A stretch of DNA of 63,728 nucleotides, filler included, from Kipferlia bialata (GCA_003568945.1; 7 parts of 7 records of this genome joined end to end with filler, not necessarily neighbours in it), one strand, 5' to 3'; positions 37,871 to 52,552 are shown, counted from the first letter of the whole stretch. Translations and numbers: made by a program. Notes: generated from the sequence alone by a model not told the origin.

Positions 37871-40800
37871 TTACTTGCTCTGGAACTTTGCTGTGGTCTC
37901 TAGAGCAGGGCACGACTTGTCACGGGGTGTGACCACCATTCGGAACTCGGTGTCGCCAAAGAGGAACCTCAGGTCAACGTGTCTCTCTTCCTCTGTTGGC
38001 ACTGTAACTGTAACCCTCTCACCCAACTGCTGCACACCATCCTCCGTCACAAAGAAGGGACTCCCGGCACAGCAGTACAGCTGGAACGACACCCGTGTCT
38101 GGTCGGCGTAGATGGGCTTCCGTCCCGTCTGGACTACGGTATGGTCACATGGCACACGGTCACCCATGCGAATGATTGGGTTGAATACACCCTTGAACCT
38201 CAAGGCCTGGGCCCTCTCGTCCCAGCTCGCCTGGCTCTCTCTCCTCTTGTGGCCTGGTCTCTGGGGGTTGTAGACAGCCCCGCCCTTGAAGCCGTAAGTG
38301 AACCTGGATGAGTAACTAAGTACCATTCAATACAGGTACACAAGAGAACAAAGAGCCAACTGGTGAATCAATGAGATACTGATTGAATATGACCCCTGAC
38401 CTGCTGATCCTGGCCTTGATGACAGAGGGGTTGCTTCCATAGTGCACAGCACCAACCACCACAGCAGCGCCTAGAGGTGAGACAAGATAGTTGAAAGAAT
38501 AATATGATGGGTTTGTAGTCAGTTTACATACCTACTGATTCCACTGTCTTGCTGTCTGAAGAAATACACATGATATGACATACAATGTATATATAATATA
38601 TATATAATATATACCTGGCTGTGGTGGGTTAATGATGCACTCTGACCTATCACCAAACACCTCCCTCACCCTCTTGATAAGGTAGGGGGAAGCAGAGAAT
38701 CCCCCAACAAGCAGCATAGCCTTGAGCTTGTGTTAGAACGATATAAGTAGTAGCAGATGTATTGTATACGTTAACCAATGGAGTGTTTGGTGGGGGTCTC
38801 TTCTTGGAAGTATATACATGTAATATAATATACATGTACTACGACAGCCAGTCACCTGTCTGTTTGTGTCCCCTCCCTCCTCCTTCAGTCTCTTCATCTG
38901 CTCCTCAATGCAACCCAGGACCTGGTGTAAGGGAAGACGAGAGGGATTAGGAGGAAGATACATTCATTGGACACCACTGGATCTATATATCTATATATGA
39001 TCCATATATGTTCATTTACATATGTATACACATACCTTGGCCACAACTGGATCAAAGACAGCCACTGCCTCAGGCCCAGTGACGACTAGACAGTCATCAT
39101 AGCCATCCTGCTCGTCAGTCAGCCTGGGGTCAGAGGAGACATACTAGGATGGGAATACCATAGTACTATACTTGGTTTACAGACTGAGTAGGTAAACATT
39201 ATGAATGATATACCTGTCCTCGACCCCCACCGGCAGCCTCTTGTACATCTTGGGTGGCATTGCTATGAACATGGACTCATCCTCAGGCCCACTGAAGTTG
39301 CGTTTGCACTTCTCCCAGCTGGAGTCAGTGTAACACAGCAAGGAACCATGCCAACTATCAACTAGGCCGCCTCTCTATATATACTAGGCCTAGTAATACC
39401 AAGGCACCTTGACATCAGGACAGCCATCTCTGACGGGTACTTGCTGCACCACTCAGAGTAGTACTGGGTGAGGGAGTCATGGGAGCACTGGTCCACTACT
39501 AGTGTATACACTCTAATGGGATACATACCTCCTCCCCCAGCTTCCCCCTCACAAACTTGAGGAACTCGACATCGAGATAGGTGGCCCCACACGACCTGCC
39601 ATGGCCCCTGGTCACCTCCTCCATGGCACCGGACCCAGTCACCTGGGGGTGGGAAGTCAATGCGAAATATACATATGTAGAGAAGACCACCTGGGGGCAG
39701 GAAGATAGTGGTAACAATGGTAGATAGTGTTTAGGAGTTTAGAAATACCTGACTCAGTCACCTAGGGGTAAGAGTAAAATGAAAATATATACAACTGTAG
39801 ACACACCTTGTGCACCGTGAGGTCGACTGTCCCCCCGCCAGCGTCCACCACCATGAAGCTCTGGCCCTTGCCAAAGTGGTACTGGGAACGGTTGTGGCTG
39901 CAGTACACAGCTGCGGCCTCGGGCTCAAGGGTGAAGGTGAGCCTGGCGTAAGATCACATAGTAGCATATAGGTTGTATAGTATGAAATACTATGTACACG
40001 TGTACCTGTGACTGTCTATGTCTGGTATCATGCCTGCAATGTAGGCAGCCTGACGCATGCGGGCCTTGGCTCTGTCCGTCCACTGGGGGTAGAAAGGAGT
40101 ACATTGATTGAGGGGGATAATAGTATTACCATTGGTAATTAGTCATCTTGGTCTATGACTGTAATACATGTGCCAGAGAGTACTGCCACCCACCATGACT
40201 GGGAGGCCATAAATAATGCAAGGGTTTATACAATATATATCTATACACTATACCCACCATGGCTGGTACCCCATAAATACCGTAAGTGAATATATGTACC
40301 ATATACATATCTCATATATATATATGCCCACCATGGCTGGGACTGACAGGCACCACTGTACATTGTCCAGTGTGAGGATGCCATCGTACTGGGGTGAGAA
40401 GGGGGGGGGGGGCTCAGGTATATGTTGGAGAGTAGACTGGTACGTATATATACTACTGCTATACTCACCTGCTTCCGTATGACTGTCTCCACACTCTGCT
40501 TGAGGTATCTGAGGTAGTCGCCTATTACAGACTCAAGAGTAAGGCCTAGTGTCAGAGATGTGATAGGGCAGTCACTACGAGATGAATGCAGCAATACTAG
40601 AGAAACGGGGTAATACGTAAATATTTGTTCATCTATACTAACCTGGTGGTATGCGAATGATATCCAGTGGCCGCTCCTTGCTCATCAGCCCAACCTCACC
40701 CCCAGCCACACACTCATCCAGCAAGAGCTTGAACCTGCTCACATACAGAGACGTGGTGCTACAGCTAATCTCTCGCTGACGCAGCCTGACATGAGATGGG

Positions 40801-41286
40801 CACTATACTACAAGCATGATTAGTGACACTGAGGAGATTGGTCAAAGTGACAACGTGACACAGACATTGACACAAAGAATGCTACGTACCATGCTTGGAA
40901 TCCCCAGGATGTGGCCTTGTAGGTACCATCTGGTTGTTGCTCATAGAAGAGAGCGGTCAGTGTCTGAGGTCAGAGAGAGAGAGAGAGAGAGGTCAGAGGC
41001 AGTGACAAGGGGGGAGGAGTCTACAGTGTAGTCATAATGCAGTACATCTAACCTTTGCATAGGGTGCCGGCTGTCCAGGCCAGTCGTAGAAGGCCTCGAC
41101 CTCCTCAGGCTTGGCGACATGGGAGACGGCATAGCCACTAGTGTCAGTGTATACACGGTAATGACATGATGCAAGAGTGACTATAGGATTAAGCTAATCC
41201 GATTAACCAGTCACCCACCTGTGCGAAGTTCCAAAGTCAATTCCCACTGTTAACTTGACATCAGGCTGTGCAGTGGCCACAGGCAT
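37871..41286 (-). CDS. HSPA12: Hsp70-family actin-like ATPase of the HSPA12 type, about 14 exons
   Basis: VGIDFGTSHSGYA, WTDRAKARMRQAAYIAG, LEPEAAAVYC, FMVVDAGGGTVDLTVH, CGATYLDVEF, LLVGGFSASPYL, SRFTYG. There is no canonical Hsp70 lid or EEVD; the protein ends AKFQSK*. Confidence 0.85.
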
Positions 41287-41420
41287 CGACTATACACAAG
41301 ACTAGAGAGTGGAAGAGTGGTCGGTAGAGAATGTCAACATGAAGCGTGTAGAGGTCACTCAAAAATATGAAAAGGGTCCAAATTGGTAGTACTACTCCAT
41401 GTCACACTCACCTGTCAAGG

Positions 41421-44400
41421 TCACGATACATTTAATGAATGTGCATGTATACTACTGACTAATGAAATACGTGGGTCTAATCCAGCCCACACTGACTCTG
41501 CAGAGTATCTCCCTCTGTCTACACTCTCTTTGTCCTGATCTGCTTCCACTCCCCAACAAGCCAGGTGAGGGTGGCGATAGAGGCAACAATGCCTTAGGTG
41601 AGGATTGGGATATATAGAGATTGTCAGGAGACACAAAGAATATAGGATGCATACATGGAATATATGGGGAGGTGGGGGGGGTGGGTTATCCTAATGAGTG
41701 CCGTACCTCCAAATAGCAGACAGTCGCCCGAGTTGGAGAAGAGACTGACGGTGGCTGGGAAGACAACCATGCCTAGACGTCAACAGAAAACATAGGTATT
41801 TCTTATATATATTCTTATATAAATATAGGTATGAAATAGAGGGAGATTCCATTGATAGAGATCGCTGGACGTACACAGGGATTATAATATAATTATAGTG
41901 TATGTGTGAAATAGAGAGGGAGGTTCGATTGATAGAGCTCGCGTACCTGTGTTCTGCATGGCCAGGAACACTGACCCAGCTGTGGCAGTGTGGCTGAGGG
42001 TTAGGCACAACTTGTCACAGAATGGAGTTGGGGAAAGTGTACAGTTGAACATGCTAAATACCTGGGGTGGTAGCTAGAGGCCTTTCCCAGCAGCAGGGGC
42101 AGGAGTCCACCGGCCCCTACACCACAGAGAACACATCCTAGGGTCAGAACGGTATATATATACTAGGTCAGTATATTGGTATGGAAAAATGTATTGGTAT
42201 ATATGGTTGCATATATATGAATATATATCGTAGCACATGATGAGAATAGAGACATGGTAGGAGAGCAATACCTAGGATAACCACGTATAGGTTGACAGTG
42301 GAGCCGAGGAGGATACCGGTAGCCTGGATGGCAAAGTACATGGGGCCTGAGGTGAAACATTCAACGAGGGTATAAGAATAAGAATTAATAGTAATAATAT
42401 ACACATACATATATATATATGAAATATACATATATATATGTGAGTGTGTATATCGCTTGGACGGCAAAGTACATGGGGCCTGAGGTGAAACATTCAACGA
42501 GGGTATAAGAATTAGTAGTAATATTATACACATACACATATATATATATAATTCTCGCATATATATATATATGTATATCGCTTGGACGGCTAAGAACTGA
42601 GGTGAAACAAGGGGGGAATTGGGAGACAGAGAGAGATATATGTGTACATACATAAACATCTATATACCTGCTGCGTCTGGGAAGTGCCTGACCATGGCAG
42701 ACACGATATACATAGTATTCAAGGATGGTATATATAAGTAAATATATATACAATATACATACTATTATATTCTATATATGTATATATATATACAATTAAT
42801 ACCTGCTGCGTCTGGGAAGTGCCTGACCATGGCAGACACAATATGCATAGTATTCAACGATGGCATATATATATACCAATAGTTGTACTATATAATACAC
42901 AATATATATATATATAATGTGTATATATACCTGCTGCGTCTGGGAAGTGCCTGACCATGGCAGACACGATGGCAGCCCCTCCCATCATACCGATGGTGTT
43001 GGAGGCAGAGGCCACGCCTGGGGGTGAGGGTTACAACTAGAAATACAAGGGGTGTATATGGGGTATGATGCACCCACCAGCGATGAATGTGTCGTCGATC
43101 TCGAGGTCCTCGGCCAGGTGGAGAGAGGACAGGACTAGGAGGAGGTACCTGGGGTCAGAGAGGGACAGAGACTAGAAGAAAGATGAAGAGAAAGAGAGTA
43201 AGGTACTGTAGAGACAGAGTCCCCCGTACCATGTGCCCTGTGTCAGAGTGTACATGGCGGCATACCACACGACACTGCCCAGGGGGAAGGGAGGGGTGCT
43301 GCCCTCGAGGGCAGAGAGGGCTGTATCAACGGGCATGGGTGCACCCCCCTTGCAGTTGGGGCACACAACAACCTCAACCTCGTCACAGACGTCGTCGTAC
43401 TCGCACACACCCTCTGCGGTATCATGTGCCTCGATGTGCTCGTTCTGGTAGCCTGCCTCTGCACAGGGGGAGGGAGGGACGTCACAGACTGGCTCTCTCT
43501 GCCTGTCACTGTCCTCAGCGTTGAGAGCGGCCTCCAGGTCAGCCTAATGGGTCAGAGAGAGTACTCGGAGTATGGTACTAAGAGAGCCAGACCCTGTACA
43601 GCTAGCGACTGAGTAGAGTGTAAAGTACCATATTTGTAACTTGTACACTGCATGCAATACCTCGAGGTCTGCCTCCACGGCCACTGCGTCTCTGCTGCTC
43701 TCCTCGCTCACAGGGGCAAGGACTGGGGTAAGGGAGTGATATCTCTATTCATACTATTATGAATACAATATACAGAGAGATATACATATACATGGGAGAG
43801 GACGGGTAAACGGAGTGATGGAGAGTGACATAGAGAGAGACATATATATGCCTACCTATGTCACTTCCCGAGAAGGATGGGGAAGGGGGCAGTGCCTTGA
43901 GGGGACCCACAATGTAGCCAAAGAGCATGATGGGGGCAATGATCTGGGGGTGGGAACATAGAAGAAGAATATATAATATATATAATATATATAATATATG
44001 CTGTTGTATTCAGACCACTAAGGTGTGTGTCCACTATATAACTTACCAGCTGCACATAGAACACGAGGTGGTAGTCGGTCCTGGCAAGGTATCCGCCCAG
44101 CAGGGAGTACACAAAGCCCTGGGGGTGAGGGTTACTGTCTACCCTAAAGGTATGTATATACTGCTTATAATGCACATATATACCTGCCTTGTGTATGAGA
44201 ACGATAAGAGACCCGTTGGTGGCAGAGTCGAATAGTTACACACAATAGTAGGTAAATTCACACAATAGTAAGTCCGAACACCCAAGACTCCTGCGTACCT
44301 GGGAGGAGAGAGAGAGGGAGCACCAGCCGAGGACCTTGGTCCTCTGGACAGGCTCAAAGCGCTGGGACATCATGTCTGGAGGGTCAGAGAGAGTGTCAGT

Positions 44401-44680
44401 AGTTTAGCAATGAGAGAGAGAGAGAGAGACCGTACCGATGATGATGGGGAATGCCAGGCCGGCTGGGAATCCAATCATGGTGCGCCAGAAGAACAGGCCC
44501 CAGAAACTGCAGTGAGAGACCCACAGGCCGCAACAATAATGAAACAGCGCTATGACTATCATTAACTAGGTCTCCAGACACTGCGGTGTACATATCTTTA
44601 AATACAACGTACGTGTTGGTAAAGGCTGGGAGTACTCCGAAGAGCAGGAAGAGGCCGTAACAAATGTAAAGGAGAGCCTC
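41421..44680 (-). CDS. Major facilitator superfamily transporter, 5'-partial, multi-exon
   Basis: FWGLFFWRTMIGFPAGLAFPIII|DMMSQRFEPVQRTKVLG matches MFS TM4 RxxxG and the loop before TM5. Further hydrophobic exons: SLLGGYLA, IIAPIMLFGYIVG, VVWYAAMYTLTQGTW, VASASNTIGMMGGAAIVS, MYFAIQATGILLG. An acidic central loop lies at about 43350-43720. Confidence 0.7.
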
Positions 44681-44775
44681 CTGAGTGTTAAAGTGAGAAT
44701 AGTGGGCTGAGGCAAGACTAAAGAGAGAGAGACATGGGGGGGGGGGGGGGGGGGGGGAAAAGAGAAATGTTAGTA

Positions 44776-44875
44776 NNNNNNNNNNNNNNNNNNNNNNNNN
44801 NNNNNNNNNNNNNNNNNNNTTAATTAATTAANNNNNNNNNNNNNNNNNNNNNNNNNNNNNNNNNNNNNNNNNNNN
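44776..44875. other. Artificial contig linker
   Basis: N44-TTAATTAATTAA-N44. Confidence 0.98.
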
Positions 44876-45283
44876 AAACAGGAGTCCAAACAGGTGAAAA
44901 TGCCGAGTCCAAAAATAAAGGAGCCCTATTTGTGGGAGGTCAGTGACAGCGATGACGACAAGAATGTTAGCGTTGTACTGTACGGCCATCACAGGCTATG
45001 TGTCTCCCAGGTCTGTCACTTAGATACAGACGGGGTTAGCGGCTATGCTCTGTGTTGGATGCTGGACTCAGTCTCTCAGGACGTAGAGATGGTGGGGGAA
45101 GTTAGTATCCCAGAGCCTGAGCGGAACAGACACGGTGAGAGCACCTCACTGGAATTCTCTGCTGCCTTGCTCATGAACCCCTCCACTCTCGTGATAGTCG
45201 GTGGGGATGCCATTGTGGTCGCGGACATTGATCCACACTACCTCGGCCCAAAGTACCATACCAGCATGGTTGGTTGGTTCTAA
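44876..45283 (+). CDS. 3' end of a gene, probably of the divergent kelch-like family
   Basis: CWMLDSVSQDVEMVGEV...AALLMNPSTLVIVGG...ADIDPHYLGPKYHTSMVGWF*. The terminus resembles those of the other family members. Confidence 0.45.
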   Translation, partial: KQESKQVKMPSPKIKEPYLWEVSDSDDDKNVSVVLYGHHRLCVSQVCHLDTDGVSGYALCWMLDSVSQDVEMVGEVSIPEPERNRHGESTSLEFSAALLMNPSTLVIVGGDAIVVADIDPHYLGPKYHTSMVGWF

Positions 45284-46006
45284 ACACTGGCCCAGTGTTA
45301 CACTGGGTCTATATAGTATATAGCTCTGGTGTATAATACTCATAAACATACATTATTGATGAGGGATATACATAGCGGTCGGTACACGCCGTGTACCACA
45401 GGGTGTACCACACCAGCATAAGTGGTTGGTAGTGACTGACTAGTTGTGAGTCACAACTTGTGACTACTCAGTCGGACATGGACATATGTATGTACAACAA
45501 TAGATATACATGATTAGTGTGGCACACCAGCTTGGGTGGCGGGTGATGCTGTAGATGCTATAGAATCTATAGTATTGGTGCTGAATTATTCCATCAGTGG
45601 CTGGTGAGACTTCCTGTGAATATAGGATTCTCTCTAATAGACTAGGTTAGGCCCTTTGGTAGTTTACCCTTGCGTAGTGCCTACAGCCGCTAGGGTATAT
45701 GTATCCCTACGGTAGGGATAACCAACGTATAGTTTACGGTAAATAACATTCTACAAGTGTACATCATTGAGCAATACATATTAATGATTCAAAAGTCTAA
45801 CCATTTACTGCACCTCACTGCAAAACTCCAAACAACATACATTGTAAACGACACAAAACGAAGGGAAACACACAAATACAACTCCCAAACAACCATCAGC
45901 TACACTAGAGACTCCTGGAGCTCCAAACATCACTCCAAGTAGAGTCCGTTCCCGCTAAGTCAAGAGGTTTTGACTAGTCCGGACTAGTCACAAGAAGTCA
46001 GAGGGC

Positions 46007-47460
46007 TCACATTAGGAGCATCTTGAAGATGATGAGGAGTAGACCGACGAGGGAGCCCAGAGCAACACCTGGAGGTCAATGGGAAGAAATTGGTCCACAC
46101 ACTATCCTTACAAGAAAACAGTTATAGTATAGTGGTAGGATATAACTCTACACACCTGCTATTGTCCCTGTTATATCCCTCTGTCTCTGTATGACTGCAT
46201 TGGTGCCACTGGTAGAGACAGCAGTGTGCAGGGCAACAGTGTCCTGGGGTAAGTATATACATACTACTAATACACACACTTATACATATATATATACATA
46301 TTCATATAGTACCTTCAGCTGTCTGACCACAATGCGCTGGTCCATGTCAACCATCACTACATACTACTATACAACTTGGCTAGTACTATATGTAGTGTAT
46401 ATGTACATATATATATATATAATCATCTATACCTTCAGCTGCCTGACCACTATCCTCTGGTCCATGTCTACCAGTCTTTACACTATAGAAGTATATGTAG
46501 TATATTAAGTGTATATGTAGTGTATATAACTATACATACCTTCAGCTGCCTGACCACTATCCTCTGGTCCACCTGTGTCTGGGACATGTCACCCAGCCTG
46601 TCCTCCAGAGACACAAACTCCTGGGGATTAGGGGTGTAGAGGGTGAGAGAGAGAGAGAGAAGGAGAGAAATGGTAGACTCAAACTCCTGGGGATTAGGGG
46701 TGTAGAGGGAGAGAGAGAGAGAGAGAGAAGGAGAGAAATGGACTCAAACTCCTGGGGATTAGGGGTGTAGAGGGAGAGAGAGAGAGAGAAATGGTGAACA
46801 CAAACTCCTAGGGGTTAAGGGTGCAGAGGGAGAGAGAGGAAGAGAGAGAGAGAGAGAGAAGTAGAGGACGCAAACTCCTGGGGATTAGGGGTGTAGAGGG
46901 AGAGAGAGTATTGGAGGACACAAACTCCTGGGGATAACGACGGTAGAGAGAGAGACAGATGCAGTGCATACCTGTCCAACATCTGCCAGGGTTGACTCCA
47001 GGTTGGCCTGCTTGACAGACACAAGAGAGGCAGCCTGGGAGATGGCATCGCCGACCTGATATAAGGGACTAGAGAGAGAGAGAACATAGTATACCCCGTC
47101 AATACACAATTACACTCACCTCATCCAGTGTCCTGCCCTCCAGTGCCCTAGCCCCTGGGTACCCCATAGTGACTAGTGACTCGACAAGGCCCTGCTGCAC
47201 TAGCTCAAGGGCGCCCTCGCCTCCTACTATTAGAGTCTCCTCCTACTATATAGATGATACTATATTAGTATACCACTTCAAGGGCGCCATCGCCACCTGA
47301 AGATTTAGACAACATATGCATAAAGAACACATACATAAATATTACATGTGCATATACATACATATAGTAATACACATACCTCTCTGTGTGGCCGAGAGTG
47401 ACTCCCTACCAAAGACACTCTGACAGGTGGAGACACCAAGCTGAGGTTGAAATAAAAGGG

Positions 47461-47502
<42 letters not shown>

Positions 47503-47708
47503 CCTGGGCTGTCTGTGAGTCTTCTCCTGTCTCCTACTGTGACACTGTAGGCAGCCCTCTCCACAGGGGGGGAACCTGGGGGTAAGAATACATATATAGG
47601 TATATTATACACCTTTTAATCCACTAATATACAGTATCTGGTACCTAGTGCCCTGATTGACTCCAGCTGGGACTGGATCAGGGTGTGGGAGGCCTCGACC
47701 TAATGTAA

Positions 47709-47747
<39 letters not shown>

Positions 47748-47919
47748 GTGAGAGACTATACACTAAAAGAGTTATGGAATGGTATATATATAAATATATA
47801 TATGTGAGATACTGTATAATACCTGAGATAGATCACTCCTGAGTGCGTCTGCCTCTGAGTCCTTGGCTGCCATGGCCTGCTCACGGGCCTCGGCCTAAGA
47901 GGTTGGTATTTATATATAT

Positions 47920-47956
<37 letters not shown>

Positions 47957-49238
47957 ACAATAATACCCGGCCTGCTCCCTGGCCTCGGCCTGAGGGTAAG
48001 TATACAGAGATAGACACACACACATACATATATATTGATATATAGAGAGAGAGAAACATAATATTTGTAGATGAGAGATAATCCCTACCTGACACACCAG
48101 CTCATGGAGGTTGGCCTCGGCCTCCTCAACCTGGGGTTAATACAATGAAACCATAATAAGAAGGATACTAAGACTTAATAACCGTAGGGTTAATAGAAAT
48201 ATGCAAAATAGTTATATGTATAGCATCTGCATCACTTGCCCGGGCATCCTGGGTTTACAACATATAACAATTGAAATAAGAGAGTAGCTATGCATGTACA
48301 TACAATGAAACCATTGAAATGAGAGAGTAGGTATGAATGCTAATACACAGAAACCATAGAAATGAGAGAGAAGCTCTGTTTGTTAATACAACTTTAACCA
48401 TTGAAATAGGGGTATTTACCATACCTGCTCGTGCATCCTGGTCTCTCTCTCAGCAAACTCTCTCTCTCTCTGCTCCTGTGGTCAGATAGAAGTCACATCC
48501 TTGGTCAAATATCACAAAACCATATGACTCAGATGAATACCTTCCCAGTCACTATAAATGAAGTCGTAAATAGTCCCTCACCGCCTCCTGCAGGGTGTCT
48601 CCAGCTATCCCCCCCTCCCCTATATATAACCACTGAGTTACAATGCTAATTCAATCATAAAGAAATAGATACTTCATAACACTCACCGCCACCTGCAGGG
48701 CTGTCTCCAGCTGCTGCAGCCTATCCTCAGTCTCGGCCTCTCTCTCCATCCACTCGGCCTCTCTCTCCATGTGCTGGGCCTGGGATTGGTATCATAATGT
48801 ATACCAATACGTTGTATTAAGGCCAAAACATGTTACACAAACTAGAGTATACTATAGTATAATATGTCCATCCACTCGGCCTCTCTCTCCATGTGCTGGG
48901 CCTGGTATCAGTATCATAATATACTATATTTCTATTGGTATACGATTACATATATACTAGCGCCTGATTATAGATAGCAAATAGACAAGAGAACACTACT
49001 ACAAGATACTCTGCCTCTCTCTCCATGTCCTGGGCCTGCGATTAGCAAACATAGTTACATACACACATAGACACACACACATATAAGTAGTATATATACA
49101 CGCAGATAGTCCATACATATGAATATATCCGTATGCTCTACATAGGTTAGTGTACCTTCTCCTGCTCGAGCTGCCTAGTGTAGACTGTGAGCATCTGGAG
49201 CTGGGTCACATCAGTGGACTCTGACAATGAGGGTGTAG

Positions 49239-49269
<31 letters not shown>

Positions 49270-51231
49270 AAAGAAGTCAGTAGACTCTGGGGACGAAGGA
49301 GTGAATATGGATATCATGAATATAATACCTGTTGGGGCAAGCTCGAAGCTGGTGTCGTATGCCTCACTGCCTCTACGCAGAGAGGGGTCTGAGAATGAGG
49401 GTGTAGAGAGAGAGAGAGACGAAGAGAGGGAGAGAGAATGAGTGAAAGGGGTCTGATATAATGAATGAAGAGAGAGATACGGAAATATGTACCTGATCCT
49501 GACCCCTGTGTGGCTGGATGCATATAAATAGAGTGTATACTCATATAATAGATATATATATATATATGTAATATATATATATATACCTGATCCTGTACCC
49601 TGTGTGGCTGGGGAGGAAGAGGTGGCATCGACTGGAGAGTTAGATGTTATATGAGAACTTGGTGGATAGACAGAATGGGAGAATATGACCAACACCCTAT
49701 AATGTAGAATACAATATAGTACCCACTGACTCTGGGTCTGAGTCTTATTATTATAATCTCATACGTATAACTATAATGACAACTACATACACACCTACTG
49801 ACTCCGAGTCTGAGTCTGACACAATCTTATTGGCATAGAGACACACACTATATAGAGTATACATATAAAGATATACACACTCAGTACCTACTGACTCTGA
49901 GTCTGAGTCTGACACCGTCTTATTGACACAGGGACATACACTATATATATATAGTATACATATATACTATATATTCACTATGATACCTACTGACTCTGAG
50001 TCTGAGTCTGACACAATCTCATTGACATAGAGTGACACACTATATATATATAGAGAGAGAGAGAGTATACATGTATAGGGGATATACGATATAGTACCTA
50101 CTGACTCTGAGTCTGAGTCTGACACAGTCTCATTGGCATAGAGACACACTATATATTTAGAGTATACATATATATATAGAGTATACATATATAGATGATA
50201 TATACACTATGATACCTACTGACTCTGACTCTGAGTCTGACACAGTCTCATTGGCATAGAGAGAGACACTATATATATATATAGAGAGAGAGAGAGTATA
50301 CATATATAGAGGATATACACTATGGTACCTACTGACTCTGACTCTGAGTCTGACACAGTCTCATTGGCATAGAGAGACACACTATATATATAGAGAGATA
50401 TACTTATACATGATATATATACATAGTCTGTACCTACTGCCTCTGAGTCTGAGTCTGACACTGTCTCATTGGCATAGAATTACACTATATATATATATAT
50501 ATATCTATATATATAAATATGTATATCTGACATGGATATACTCGTCGGTACCTGCTGACTCTGACTCTGAGTCTGACACAGTCTCGTTGGCATAGAGAGC
50601 CACACCTATACATATATACATATATAGATGTATATATAGTATACATACATGACTCATCATTGCATGACTCTGAGTCTGACACCGTCTCATTGGCATAGAG
50701 AGACATACCTATACTTATCTATCTATCTATCTATATCTATATATAATATACATGTATAGAGGATATTCGATATAGTACCTATTGACTCTGAGTCTGAGTC
50801 TGACACCGTCTCGTTGGCATAGAGGGTACCGGCACAGGACTGGGTGCCTGGGGTTAGAGAGAGAATGTGTGAGAGAGAAAGTATACCGCGTGAGTGGGTA
50901 TATAAGAGAATATGGATAGAAAGAGAGAAACTAGTATATATATGCAAATTATGTATACACTAACCTGCGTAGTCCCTGGCGTTCAGTGTCACAAGTCCAT
51001 ACATATGTATATACTAACTACATATACACATATATATAGATATATACATACCCGCATAGTCCCTGGCGTCCAGTGTCACAGGGGTGGAGTCACAATACAT
51101 ACCATCTATATATATATACACTGACTATTTGATATACTATGTATATGTGTGTGTATATATAGTTATATACACTAACCTGCGTAGTCCCTAGCATCCAGTG
51201 TCACAGGAGTAGAGTCATAATACATACATAA

Positions 51232-51277
<46 letters not shown>

Positions 51278-52264
51278 CTTATATACCTGCGTAGTCTCTG
51301 GCATCCAGTGTCACAGGTGTAGAGTCACAGGGCTCAATGCCCTTGAGGGCAACGGGGGAGGTCTCTCTCTCTCTCTCTCTCTCCCTCTCCCTCTGGGCGT
51401 ACAGAGCAGCCTGAAGAGTGAAAAGAGGGTCTAAGGATATAGTAAAGGATATATACATATATATATTGCTTCTAGGAAGTAGTACCTGGAGAGTCTTGAT
51501 CTCAGTCTCTCTCTCTGCCTGCTGGGTCCGGTGGGTCTCTCTCTCTCTCTCTCTCTCGGCCTCCAGAGCAGCCACCTTCTCAGCGGCCTGGTCTCTCTCG
51601 GCCTCCACCGATGTCAGAGCCTCTCTCTCTCTCTCTCTCTCTGCCTCAGCAGCAGTCAGTCTATCAGTCAGACTGTCTCTCTCCCTCTCCCACTGCTGCC
51701 TCTCGGCCACTCTCTCCTTCTCTCTCTCCTTCCTCTCGCCCAGCACCTCAGAGATACTCTCCCTCTCCCACTTCTGTCTCTCCCTCTGAAGAGCAGCAGC
51801 AAGGGTCTCCCTCTCACTCTCAATCTCCTTACGGGCATCAAGGAGTGTGGCTACCCTGGTGCGTTAGTGACAACAGAACCACAACAAGTAGTAAATATCA
51901 CATAGTCATATACACCCATACCTAGCCTTAGCCTCATCCTTCTCCCTGGTCACTGTCTCCAGCAGGGTCTCCAGAGACACAACTCGGCTGGCAGTGGTGC
52001 TGTGATCAGATACAATACTAAGACTACCATACAAAGTCAGGAAATAACAAACGTGTATGACTGTACACACACACATATATATATACCTTGCCTGTGCCTC
52101 CACTGACTGTATGACTATGGTAGTATTAATACTACGTATACTGTACTACACTATATATATTAGCAATACCTAGCCAGTGCCAGCTTAGCCTCCACTGACT
52201 GTGTGTGTGTGTCAGCCTCAGCGGCAGAGCGGAACAGGTCAGCAATCTACAGGGTTAATATATG

Positions 52265-52303
<39 letters not shown>

Positions 52304-52518
52304 CAATCTAGGGGGTCAACAGGGACCGGGGTGTAGAGAGAGAGAGAGAGAGAGAGAAAGTATTACCTCAGCCGCCAGCTTTGCCTCCGTCTCCTTGGCC
52401 ACTCTGATGGTCTCTCTGCTCTCCCTCACTGCCTCTCTGGACTGCTCCAGCTCAGCCTCAAGCTCAGTCACACGTCTAGGGTGAGGATACAGAGTATATA
52501 CATATATAAGTATGTACA

Positions 52519-52552
<34 letters not shown>

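Noticed and set aside
46612..46935. TTAGGGG repeats as interstitial telomere
   Set aside because: They are the reverse complement of the branch-point/acceptor (CCCCTAATCCCCAG) in six acceptor echoes, not tandem telomeric units.
49722..50825. True CRISPR array
   Set aside because: The repeat is an exon end with a GT donor inside a eukaryotic gene, the spacers are related TA-rich microsatellite, and no cas genes are present.
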